DNA from: Lysobacteraceae bacterium
GTDB taxonomy: Bacteria > Pseudomonadota > Gammaproteobacteria > Xanthomonadales > Xanthomonadaceae
Reading direction: 5' to 3'
Length of the DNA: 64,000 bases
NCBI GenBank assembly: GCA_041687455.1
Contig: JAWLBY010000003.1
Coordinates: 221,823 to 285,822 of the forward strand
How positions within the stretch are numbered: the first letter of the stretch is position 1; the number at the start of each line of letters is the position of its first letter. Below are positions 9,562 to 18,912 of the stretch, piece by piece. The notes under the pieces were generated by a model. It had not been told where the DNA came from. It ran no database searches and was given only the letters and a program-made list of their open reading frames with translations. Both the position numbers and the translations under genes were made by a program.

Positions 9562-10047
9562 ATGAAGACGCTGTTGCGTGTACCAATCGGGATCGCCCTG
9601 TGCTGCGCTGGCTGCGGTGCGCTGATGGCGCAGCCCGCCGCCGTCGACGATGGCGCCACGAGCTTCGATCCGGCGCTCGCCGCTCGGCTCGGCGCCGACG
9701 AGCGCGGCATGCGTCGCTATGTCCTGGTGGTTCTGAAGACCGGTCCGAACCGGGTGCCGGAAGGTGAGCGGCGCACGGCCATGTTCGCCGGGCATTTCGC
9801 GAACATGGAGCGGCTCGCGGACGAAGGCAAGCTGGTGCTCGCCGGGCCGTTCACCGCAGACCCGGATGGCTGGCGCGGCCTGTTCGTGCTGGCCGTCGAC
9901 GACCTCGATCAGGCGAAGGCGATCACCGCGACAGACCCGGTGATCGTCGAAGGCGAGATGGTCGCCGAGTTCCATCGATGGTACGGCTCGGCGGCACTGA
10001 TGATGATTCCCGAGTTCCACAACCGGCTCGCTCCGCCCGGGCGCTGA
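9562..10047 (+). CDS. YciI-like protein with N-terminal signal peptide
   Basis: ATG at 9562 lies 5 nt after GGAGA. Signal-like MKTLLRVPIGIALCCAGCGALMA. YciI-like core YVLVVLKTGP...LVLAGPF...D.D.A......DP....G....E...W. Confidence 0.7.
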   Translation: MKTLLRVPIGIALCCAGCGALMAQPAAVDDGATSFDPALAARLGADERGMRRYVLVVLKTGPNRVPEGERRTAMFAGHFANMERLADEGKLVLAGPFTADPDGWRGLFVLAVDDLDQAKAITATDPVIVEGEMVAEFHRWYGSAALMMIPEFHNRLAPPGR

Positions 10048-10087
10048 GCGAGCAGTGCCCGTCATGATTGACCGCTGCACGTCCCTC

Positions 10088-10375
10088 TTATCCGGCGGGT
10101 CCGGCCTTGGCCAGTGCCAGCAGCAACGCCACAGCGGCTCCGAAGGCAGCGAGTACGATGGCGCCGATCGTGCCCTTCAGCCAGCGTGGCGGTGTGCCGG
10201 CAATGCCGGTAGCCAGCGAGCCGAGCAGCCAGATCGCGATCAGCAGATGCATGAAGCGGTCGAACTGACGACCCGCGCTGCGGCCGACCGGCATCGTGTC
10301 GAACCAGTACGCCGCCAGCGCAGCCATTGCCGCGCCGCTCAGCAGCAGCACGATCGTGGATCGGGAAAAGCGCAT
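10088..10375 (-). CDS. Small hypothetical membrane protein (3 TM)
   Basis: 95 aa ATG ORF with three hydrophobic helices. No family recognised. Coding status supported only by hydrophobicity pattern and position. Confidence 0.4.
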   Translation of the reverse strand: MRFSRSTIVLLLSGAAMAALAAYWFDTMPVGRSAGRQFDRFMHLLIAIWLLGSLATGIAGTPPRWLKGTIGAIVLAAFGAAVALLLALAKAGPAG

Positions 10376-10566
10376 CCGGTGGGCGAACCGCAGTCAACGG
10401 TTGGATGATGTTCGTCAGCCGGGCGTGCGGCGGCAAGGGGTGATCACCGCACGCAGTGCCTGCCGGCTGCCGGGCGGCCGTCGCACGGCGGCGGCGGGAT
10501 GGCGCAACCGTACTTTTCGGCGGTCGGCGTTTGCAGCAGACTGCGCGTCCGCCGCCGCTCGCCAAG

Positions 10567-11475
10567 GTGCATTCCGTGTCCGCCCCCGACCTGACCATCG
10601 CCCGGCCCGCCGGCCATTCGTTGACGCCGCTGATCGTCGCCTGCCTCGCGGCGACCTGGCTGGTCTGGGGATCGACCTATCTGGCGATCAAGTTCGCGCT
10701 GGTCAGCTTCCCGCCATTCTTCCAGATGGGTACGCGGTTCCTGGTCGCCGGCGCGCTGCTGCTCGGCTGGATGCGCTGGGTCCGCGGCGCGCCGATGCCG
10801 AGCCGGCGGCAGTGGCTCAATGCGGCGGTGGTCGGCGCACTGATGCTCGGCGGCGGCATGGGCGGCACCGCGTATTCCGAGCAGACCGTCGATTCCGGAC
10901 TGGTCGTTGCGTTCATCGCCGTGGTGCCGCTGATGATCGCGCTGGTCAACCGCTGGTTCGGCATCAAGCCGGGCCGTTTCGAAGCGGCCGGCATCGCGAT
11001 CGGCCTGCTCGGCGTGTTGCTGCTGAGCCAGGGGGACGGTTTTCGTGCGTCGCCCGCCGGGCTTGCCGCCATCGCGATCGCCTGCCTGGCGTGGTCGGTC
11101 GGCAGCGTGCTGAGCCAGCAGCGCCTGCCGCTTGCGCCCGGAGCGATGGGCTTCGCCAGCGAAATGCTGTGCGGTGGCGTGCTGCTGCTGATGCTGTCGT
11201 GGCTGGTGGGCGAGACACCGCAATGGCCGCCGACTGCGCTGGCCAGCGCGGCCTGGTTCTATCTCGTCGTGTTCGGCTCGCTGATTGCGTTCAACGCCTA
11301 CATGGTGCTGCTGGCGCGCGCATCGGCCGGCCTTGCATCGAGCTATACGTTCGTCAATCCGGTCATCGCACTGTTGCTAGGCATTCTGATCGCTGGCGAG
11401 ACCGTGACCGCGTACGAATGGGGCGCGGTCGGCGTGGTGCTGGTCGGCGTGGTGTTCCTGCTGCTGCGGCGGTAG
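10567..11475 (+). CDS. EamA/DMT family transporter
   Basis: 10-TM profile with the EamA signature WGSTYLAIKFAL near the N-terminus and a duplicated EamA half. Start is uncertain: GTG 10567 is preferred over the upstream Arg-rich extension from 10456. Confidence 0.8.
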   Translation: MHSVSAPDLTIARPAGHSLTPLIVACLAATWLVWGSTYLAIKFALVSFPPFFQMGTRFLVAGALLLGWMRWVRGAPMPSRRQWLNAAVVGALMLGGGMGGTAYSEQTVDSGLVVAFIAVVPLMIALVNRWFGIKPGRFEAAGIAIGLLGVLLLSQGDGFRASPAGLAAIAIACLAWSVGSVLSQQRLPLAPGAMGFASEMLCGGVLLLMLSWLVGETPQWPPTALASAAWFYLVVFGSLIAFNAYMVLLARASAGLASSYTFVNPVIALLLGILIAGETVTAYEWGAVGVVLVGVVFLLLRR

Positions 11476-11686
11476 CGGGCAGGGCCAGCCGGCTGGGCGC
11501 GGCGTCCGCGCCGACCAGGGGCGGTGCGCGAGCGGATTCCGGTCCGGCGGCGGGCTAACATGAGCCCATCTCCGATGCTTGCGGTTGAACTCGCATGGCA
11601 GTTTTCGTCCGCGATACCGTGGCCCGTCGCCGTGATCAGCCGTCGGCGGGCGATGCCGTGAGCCCGGCGCGAGCCCGGGCGGTCCG

Positions 11687-12874
11687 ATGAACATCGCACT
11701 GGCGGCCCGTCGCGCGCGCGGCCTGGTGCAACTGGCGACCGATGCCACCGTCGGGGTCGCCGATATCGCCGAAGGTGTGCATCAGTCGGTGCTGCAGGCC
11801 ATCGGAATCGGCGGACGCGCCGCAGGTCGCACCACGGGGTTGACCGGCGCCATCTATCGCAGCGTGCGCGCGGTCGCGCGTGGTGTCGGCGCGGTTGGCG
11901 AGCGTGCGCTGATCGCAGTCGAATCGACGACGGCGTCCGACGCCCCCGTCGATGACGGCGGCGAAAGCGATCTGCTGGCGATGCTGGCCGTGCTCAATGG
12001 CGTGATTGGTGACCACCTTGCCGCGACCGACAGCCCGCTGGCGATTCCGATGTCGTTGCGGATCGGCGATGACGCCCGCGAGGTCCGCGCGAGTGGCCGG
12101 ATCCTGCTGCTCGTGCATGGGCTCTGCATGCACGATCGGCACTGGACCTGTAGCGAAGACGACGCGGCCGATTTCGGGTGCTTGCTGGCGACGACGCTCG
12201 GCTACACGCCGGTCTATGTCCGCTACAACAGCGGCCGCCATATATCGCAGAACGGTCGCGAACTGTCGGCGCAGCTCGACGCGCTTCTGCAGCATTGGCC
12301 GGTGCCGGTCGAGCAGGTCAGCGTGCTCGCGCACAGCATGGGCGGACTGGTTGCATGCAGCGCCGCGCACCATGCGCGGGTCGTGGATGCCGCGTGGTTG
12401 CGGCACCTGCGGCACCTGGTCTTCCTCGGCACGCCGCACCACGGCGCGCCGCTGGAACGCGCCGGCAACGTCTTCGAAACATTGCTGGCCGGCTCACGCT
12501 TCACGGCCCCGTTCGCGCGGCTCGGTGCCCTGCGCAGCTCCGGCATCACCGACCTGCGCCACGGCAATCTGATCGATGCCGACTGGCAGGACACCGACCG
12601 GTTTCGGCGACAGCCGGATCAACGCCGGCACGTGCCACTGCCGGACGGCGTCGCCTGTCATGCGGTTGCCGCGACGCTCGCGTCCCGGCGCAGCGCGCTC
12701 GCCGACCGGCTGGTCGGCGACGGCCTGGTGCCGCTGCGCAGCGCACTCGGTCAGCATGAGCTCGACGCACGCAGGCTGCAGTTCGACTCGGAGTGGATCG
12801 CCTGTCGCACCGGCCATGTCGGCCTGCTGCGCAGCAACGAGGTGGGCCGGAGACTCGTCGACTGGCTGCGGTGA
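11687..12874 (+). CDS. Alpha/beta hydrolase (lipase/esterase-like)
   Basis: 395 aa with nucleophile elbow VLAHSMGGLV, preceded by ILLLVHGL (oxyanion region). Confidence 0.75.
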   Translation: MNIALAARRARGLVQLATDATVGVADIAEGVHQSVLQAIGIGGRAAGRTTGLTGAIYRSVRAVARGVGAVGERALIAVESTTASDAPVDDGGESDLLAMLAVLNGVIGDHLAATDSPLAIPMSLRIGDDAREVRASGRILLLVHGLCMHDRHWTCSEDDAADFGCLLATTLGYTPVYVRYNSGRHISQNGRELSAQLDALLQHWPVPVEQVSVLAHSMGGLVACSAAHHARVVDAAWLRHLRHLVFLGTPHHGAPLERAGNVFETLLAGSRFTAPFARLGALRSSGITDLRHGNLIDADWQDTDRFRRQPDQRRHVPLPDGVACHAVAATLASRRSALADRLVGDGLVPLRSALGQHELDARRLQFDSEWIACRTGHVGLLRSNEVGRRLVDWLR

Positions 12875-13082
12875 GTGCGGCCGGGCTGAGCTCGGCCGAT
12901 ACTCGGTTGCGGCTCACGCTGCGCCGGCAGCGTTACCGGGCCAGCCGAGTCGGCATCGGAGCGACGCACATCTGCGTGCAGCCGGCAGCGTTCGCGCCGG
13001 TCTCCGACCGCTACCCGGCGGCGGCCGACCTCATCGGCACGCGGGCGAGCCGCCGGCCGCGACCGACGGCTCGGTGCTCCGT

Positions 13083-13964
13083 TTACTCGACCCAGACCGC
13101 CTGGGCGCCGGTACGGCCGGTGATGTCGCACGGCTCCACGCCGTCAGGAAGCATCAGTTGCGCCAGTTCGAGCTCGCCGTCGGTCGTGCCGGGTTCGATT
13201 GCATCCCAGGTGATCCGGGCGCGGCCGCAGCCGATATAGCGGAGCTCGAGCTGCCCCCATTCGCGCACCTGCAGATCGGCGGCGCCCGGTGCCAGCGGTG
13301 CGCCGTCGGTATTGAACGCGGTGCCCTGCCAGGCGTTGCCCTCGTCGAACGGCACCGACATCACGACCCAGCTCGGCAGGCCGGCGGCGTCGTGGATCGC
13401 CCAGTACACCGCCAGCGTGCTGCCGGCCGCGATCACGAATGCGCCGCGTCCGGCCTGCTCGGGTGCATACCATGCGCCGCTGATGTCCGCGCCGGGCTTG
13501 AGAGAGCCCCCCACCCACGTTTCGGTCGAATAGCTCTCGAACAGTTCGTCGCCGATGAATGCACGGACGGTGAACTGGTGCAGTCCGACCGGCAGGTCGC
13601 CGACGTCGATCAATGTGTCGTAGTCGAGCGGGGGCGGCAACGGACACGGCACGTTGTCGTCGCGGACCAGCCAGTAGTCGAGGGCGTACTCGTGAACGGT
13701 AGTCGAACTGGAATATGGTGGGGGAACGGGAAAGCCGGGCGTGTCATACACCCGCGTCAACCGCACGGTCGGCGATCGCGCCGGATCGATCTGCAGCGGC
13801 GGGCAGCCGCCGCTCAGCGCCGGCACGCCGATGCGGTCGCCTGGATAGGCGTGGGCCGGGGACGGGGCGGGAGCCTCCTGCGCGCCGGTGGTGCCCGCCA
13901 GCAGCATGGCGAGCGGCAGCCCGAAGCGGGAGAGTCGATGCATGGTGCGGGAAGAGCTGTTCAT
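13083..13964 (-). CDS. Hypothetical exported protein
   Basis: Signal peptide MNSSSRTMHRLSRFGLPLAMLLAGTTGAQE. No family recognised. The C-terminal half carries an ISGAWYAPEQAGRGAF motif. The upstream part of track ORF 13083..14114 is implausible. Confidence 0.55.
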   Translation of the reverse strand: MNSSSRTMHRLSRFGLPLAMLLAGTTGAQEAPAPSPAHAYPGDRIGVPALSGGCPPLQIDPARSPTVRLTRVYDTPGFPVPPPYSSSTTVHEYALDYWLVRDDNVPCPLPPPLDYDTLIDVGDLPVGLHQFTVRAFIGDELFESYSTETWVGGSLKPGADISGAWYAPEQAGRGAFVIAAGSTLAVYWAIHDAAGLPSWVVMSVPFDEGNAWQGTAFNTDGAPLAPGAADLQVREWGQLELRYIGCGRARITWDAIEPGTTDGELELAQLMLPDGVEPCDITGRTGAQAVWVE

Positions 13965-14191
13965 ACTGGCTGGCTCGTGCTGGATGTGTTCCGAGCTGTA
14001 ACGCGAACTGGCCGGAATCCGTGTCACGCGAGTGACCGCGTTGGCCGGTCGCCGGACCACGGTCGGACGTTGCCGTGCACTGAGCGACTGCCCGATCTGA
14101 ACCGATACCTGCATGACTTCCGGCTTGGGCGATCGGTCAGGCAGCGAGGGCGTATCGTGTGCGCTCGGGATAGGTCGTCAAGGACCATGCG

Positions 14192-14647
14192 ATGAGCAGA
14201 GTCGGTCTTGCTGTCATCTTCCTGGTCGTGTCAGGCGGGTTGGCCTCGGCCGAGGACGTTCCGCTGGTGCATGCGGTCGACGACCCGGCGCTGTCGTGGG
14301 GGCCGTGTCCCGAATTCATGCCCGAGGGATGCAGGATCGCCGTAGTGCATGGCGATCCATCGCGGCCGAACGCAGACGTGCTGCTTGAGGTGCCCGGGGG
14401 CTCGGTGATTCCGCGTCACTGGCATAGCTCGGAAGAGCGCATGGCAGCATTGCAGGGCGAGCTGGAGGTTCGCTACGACGGTCATCCGGCCGCCGCGCTG
14501 CGCGCCGGACGTTATGCCTTCGGACCTGCGCGGATGCCGCACTCGGCCAACTGCCGCTCGAGCGAACCCTGCGTGCTGTTCATTGCCTTCGAGGCGCCGG
14601 TCGATGCATTCGAGGGTGAGCCGTCGCCTGATCGTTCGGATCGATGA
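14192..14647 (+). CDS. Cupin domain protein with signal peptide
   Basis: Signal-like MSRVGLAVIFLVVSGGLASA. Cupin motifs IPRHWHSSEE and G..AFGPARMPHS. Confidence 0.7.
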   Translation: MSRVGLAVIFLVVSGGLASAEDVPLVHAVDDPALSWGPCPEFMPEGCRIAVVHGDPSRPNADVLLEVPGGSVIPRHWHSSEERMAALQGELEVRYDGHPAAALRAGRYAFGPARMPHSANCRSSEPCVLFIAFEAPVDAFEGEPSPDRSDR

Positions 14648-14945
14648 GTCGCGGTCGGGCTGACACGATTGCGTGATCCGTGTCGGTGTCGGCATACGCC
14701 ACGCCGCGCGCTGCGTGGGCGCGCGGGAATGGGGCGCTCACGGATGCGTCGCCGCGGCTGCCGGCATTGCCATTCCCGACCAGCGCCACGCCGCGCTGGA
14801 CGCAGATTCGACGGATATCCAGTGTAGACTCGCGTCGTCCTTCCCGAGACTGCGTGCCATGCGCCATACGGCCTGACATCGATTTCCGCCCGGCTTCTGC
14901 CGGCGTACTACCGATGCGCGGTGATGACACCGCCCAGGTCATTGC

Positions 14946-16463
14946 ATGTCCAGACTCGTTCTGCAGGCGCTACGCCTGTCGCTGCCCGATGGCAGCCCAT
15001 TGCTCGAAGCCACCGATCTCGTGCTCGACGGGCGGATTGCCGCCCTGGTAGGTGCCAACGGCTCAGGCAAGTCCACGCTGTGCCGCGTGCTCGCCGGCAT
15101 CGACGCCGCCGCGGGTGGCCAGTTGCTGGCGCAGACAGCGGTCGGTCTGGTCGACCCGGCCGCGATCCGTCGCCATCGTGGCAGCGTCGGCGAATGGCTC
15201 GGATCGCGGATCGCAGAGCCGTCGCTGCCGCGCTGGCTCGGCCGCCTCGGGCTCGATCGACTGGACTGGTCGCGCGATACCGATTCGCTCAGCGGTGGCG
15301 AGTCGACGCGACTGGCGATCGCGACGGTGCTGGCGTCCGGTGCCGGCTTCCTGCTGCTCGATGAACCGAGCGCGCATCTCGATCGTGCCGGCCGCGACTG
15401 GTTGCGTGGCTGGCTGCGGGCCCATCGCGACGGTGCGCTGCTGGTCAGCCACGACCGCGAACTGCTCTCGGTGGCGAGTCGGGTGCTGGAGCTGTCCGGT
15501 CGGCGTCTGCACGACTATTCGACCGACTTCGACGGCTTCATCGCCTTGCGCCAGCACGAGCAGGCCGCCGCGGAGCGTGCCGTCGGAGCCGCGCGTCAGG
15601 AACAGGCACGGGTTCGCGAGCGTGCACAGATCGCCCATGAGCGGGCCGAACGGCGAGCCGCATCCGGCCGCCGTGGACGCCGCGGCGGTGACCACGGCGC
15701 GATGTACTACGACTTCATGCAGGGCCGCGCAGAACACGGCGCCGGCCGCCGCATCCGATCGGTGGAACAACGGGTCGATGCAGCGCAGACCGAGCTGCGC
15801 AACGCACGTGAGCGACTGCGGACCGCGGCGCGATTCGATCTGCGTCTGCAGGGGCATGGACCGCCGGCCGGCAAGCGCCTGCTTGACGCACGCGGTCTGC
15901 GAGCGAGCGCAGGATCACGCGTGCTGTTCGAGTCGCTGGATATCGTCCTGCACGGCCCTGTCCGGATCGGCATCGTCGGTCGCAACGGTAGCGGCAAGTC
16001 GCGCCTGTTGCGCCTGCTCGCCGGACTCGACCGCCCCAATGCCGGAGAAATCCACCGGAGCGGGCTGCCGATCGCGTGGCTCGATCAGCACGCGGCGCTG
16101 CCGCTGCCCGACGCCACGGTGCTGTCCAACTTCCGCGTCGCTCAGTCGTCGCTGCACGAGGACGCGCTGCGCGAGCGGTTGGCCTGGTTCGGGTTCGGTG
16201 GCGAGCGGGTCGGGCAGGCGGCCACGACGCTCAGCGCCGGCGAGCGGATGCGGTTGATGCTGTGCTGCCAGCTCGCCGGCGCGACATTGCCGCAGGTGCT
16301 CTTGCTCGACGAACCGGACAATCACCTCGACCTCGAATCACTGGCCATCGTGGAGCATGCACTGCGGCAATATCCCGGCGCGCTGGTCGTGGCGAGCCAC
16401 AGCACAGGCTTCCTGCGGGCGATCGGCATCGAGCAGACGATTGATCTCGACCGGTCGACGTGA
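14946..16463 (+). CDS. ABC-F type ATPase (two ABC ATP-binding cassettes, no TM domain)
   Basis: Walker A motifs GANGSGKST and GRNGSGKSR. ABC signatures LSGGESTRL and LSAGERMRL. Walker B motifs LLLDEPSAHLD and LLLDEPDNHLD. Charged linker between the two cassettes. Confidence 0.9.
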   Translation: MSRLVLQALRLSLPDGSPLLEATDLVLDGRIAALVGANGSGKSTLCRVLAGIDAAAGGQLLAQTAVGLVDPAAIRRHRGSVGEWLGSRIAEPSLPRWLGRLGLDRLDWSRDTDSLSGGESTRLAIATVLASGAGFLLLDEPSAHLDRAGRDWLRGWLRAHRDGALLVSHDRELLSVASRVLELSGRRLHDYSTDFDGFIALRQHEQAAAERAVGAARQEQARVRERAQIAHERAERRAASGRRGRRGGDHGAMYYDFMQGRAEHGAGRRIRSVEQRVDAAQTELRNARERLRTAARFDLRLQGHGPPAGKRLLDARGLRASAGSRVLFESLDIVLHGPVRIGIVGRNGSGKSRLLRLLAGLDRPNAGEIHRSGLPIAWLDQHAALPLPDATVLSNFRVAQSSLHEDALRERLAWFGFGGERVGQAATTLSAGERMRLMLCCQLAGATLPQVLLLDEPDNHLDLESLAIVEHALRQYPGALVVASHSTGFLRAIGIEQTIDLDRST

Positions 16464-16602
16464 TGGCCGTGCCTGCCAGACGCCCGATCACCGTCGAGCG
16501 TGCTTGAGCCGTGCCCTCCGCGGCATGATGCGCCACCCCACCCGGAATCTGCGGACGTCGCTGCACAATCTGCCTGCCGCGGCGCGGAATCGGAGAGACG
16601 CG

Positions 16603-18404
16603 ATGCTGCGAGGAGAATCGATCGGTTCGGCCCTGACGTCTGCGCGGCACTCGGCCATCGGACACTCGTCCGATTTTCATCGCGCCGTGTTCGAGCATGC
16701 GATGGACGGTGTACTGCTGACCGCGCCCGATGGGCAGATCTTCGCGGCGAACCCGTCTGCCTGCCGGTTGCTCGGCCGCACCGAGGCGCAGATCTGCACT
16801 GCCGGTCGCGACGGTGTCGTCGATCCATCATCGCCACAACTGCAGCAGTTCCTGATCGAGCGTCGCCGACACGGCAGCGCCCGCGGCGAGCTGGTTCTCG
16901 TGCGCGGCGACGGCGCGCGGTTTCCTGCCGAGGTGTCGTCCGAACAGTTCCTCGACGCCAGCGGCGAACTGCGCACGATCCTGATGTTTCGAGACATCAG
17001 TCGAGCCAAGGCTTCGGAGCAGGCGCTGTCCGAATCGCAGGCGCTGCTGAGCGCGATCGTCAACAGCACCGATGATCTTGTCTGGTCGGTCGACCCGGGA
17101 GATTTCTCGCTGCAGTGGTGCAACGATGCATTCCGCGATCACTTCGCCCGCCATCGGTCGATTCGGGTCGAGCCCGGCATGCGACTGGAAGACATCATCA
17201 CCGATCGCGGGATCATCGACCGTTGGCAAAGCTACTTCCGGACCGCGTTGCGACAGCAGTCATTCTCGATCGAATACAGCGCGCTGTTCGGCAACCGCTT
17301 CCTGCTGTTGAACATGCACACGATCCGGCGTGGGGTCGAACGATCGGCATCTCGGTATTTGGCAAGGACATCACCGATCGCAAGCAGGCCGAGTCGGTCC
17401 TGCGCGAAAGCGAGGGGAGGTACCGTTCGCTGGTGACGGCGATGGCCGAGGGGGCCGTGATCCAGGGCGAAGACGGCAGGATCACTGCGGTCAACCCGGC
17501 CGCCGAGCGCATTCAGGGCCGCACGGCCGACGAGATGATGGGCCTGACATCCGACGCCCCGACCTGGGAGGCGGTGCGCGAGGACGGCCACCCGTTCCCC
17601 GGTAACGAACACCCGTCCATGGTGACGCTGAACACCGGCGCGCCGCAGACCAGCGTCGTCATGGGCATCACCCGGCCGAGCGGGGAGCGGCGCTGGATTT
17701 CGATCAACTCCGAACCGATTGTCGACGATGGCGATGCGCGTCCGCGCGCGGTCGTCACCACCTTCCACGACATCACCGAACGCAAGCAGGCCGAGCAGCG
17801 GATGGCCGATTACGTGCGGCGACTCGAGGCATCGATGGAGCAGACCCTGCAGGCGGTCGCGACGATGGTCGAGATGCGCGATCCGTACACCGCTGGTCAC
17901 GAGCGGCGGGTCGGCCTGATCGCGTTCGACATCGGGCGGGAGCTCGGCTGGTCCGACGAGCGCTGCCGTGCGCTACAGCTCGCCGGCCTGGTGCACGACA
18001 TCGGCAAGATCGCGATTCCGAGCGAGATCCTGACCAAACCGTCGCATCTGTCCGATCTCGAAATGATGATCGTGCGGACCCATGCGGAGCGGGGTTACGA
18101 GATATTGCGCGACGTGCAGTTCCCTCATCCGATCGCGGAGATCATCTATTCGCACCACGAACGAATGGACGGACAGGGCTATCCGCGCGGGTTGTCCGGA
18201 AACGAGATCCTGCCGGAGGCGCGGGTACTCGCGGTGGCCGATGTGCTCGAATCGATGTCGTCGCATCGGCCGTACCGGCCGGCACTCGGCATCGATCTGG
18301 CGCTCGCCGAGATCGAATTGAACCGTGCGAGCAAATACGACGCCGACGTCGTCGACGCCGCAGTCCGGATGATCCGGGTGAACGGCTACGCACTGCCGGC
18401 GTAG
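16603..18404 (+). pseudogene. PAS-PAS-PAS-HD-GYP c-di-GMP phosphodiesterase interrupted by a single-base frameshift
   Basis: Track ORFs 16357..17436 (frame 1) and 17115..18404 (frame 3) carry contiguous PAS sequence. Frame 1 reads ..LLLNMHTIRRG, and frame 3 continues ..GRTIGISVFGKDITDRKQAE. One extra G in the run at 17332..17335 would join them. Downstream motifs are HDIGKIAIP and HHERMDGQGYP. Likely start is ATG 16603, after GGAGAG. Confidence 0.8.
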
Positions 18405-18552
18405 CGGTCATTGATGCGCAGCGGGACACTCGGTGCGCCTCGACCGCCGGCCGCGGGCGGTTGCGCGACTGCCTGCCGGCGGGCACCGCGATCGTCGGTC
18501 GATGCCTGCCGCGGGTATCATTCGCCGCTGATCCGAACCGGCTGCCATCCAG

Positions 18553-18804
18553 ATGAGCGAAACCCCTCCCGACCGTCTGTGCGCCGACCCGCGCAGCCGC
18601 TATTTCGACGCGGCACTGCTCGATCGCGGCATCGGCGTCCGCATCAACGGCACCGAACGCAACGACATCGAAGAGTATTGCGTCAGCGAAGGCTGGGTCC
18701 GGATTCCCGCTGGCCGCTCGCTGGACCGCCGCGGCCGCCCGATGACGCTGAAGCAGTCCGGTACGGTCGAAGTCTGGTTCCTCGATCAGCCGCAGGCAAG
18801 CTGA
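18553..18804 (+). CDS. DUF3297 family protein
   Basis: 83 aa. PDRLCADPRS..GIGVRINGTERNDIEEYCVSEGWVR matches the conserved core of DUF3297 as I recall it. Confidence 0.7.
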   Translation: MSETPPDRLCADPRSRYFDAALLDRGIGVRINGTERNDIEEYCVSEGWVRIPAGRSLDRRGRPMTLKQSGTVEVWFLDQPQAS

Positions 18805-18912
18805 AGCCGTCGGGCGGCTGAGCGGCTCGCCAGCGCAATGGCGATTGGCGAGTCGGCTGGGGTACGCCGCCCGTTGCGAGCGTGACGGCGCGCCTCGCTT
18901 CGTGAGCCGCGT

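Noticed and set aside
12920-12990. Direct repeat GCCGGCAGCGTT occurring twice in the convergent intergenic region
   Set aside because: It is a 12 nt GC-rich match with no flanking similarity or hairpin potential, and is plausibly chance at this base composition.
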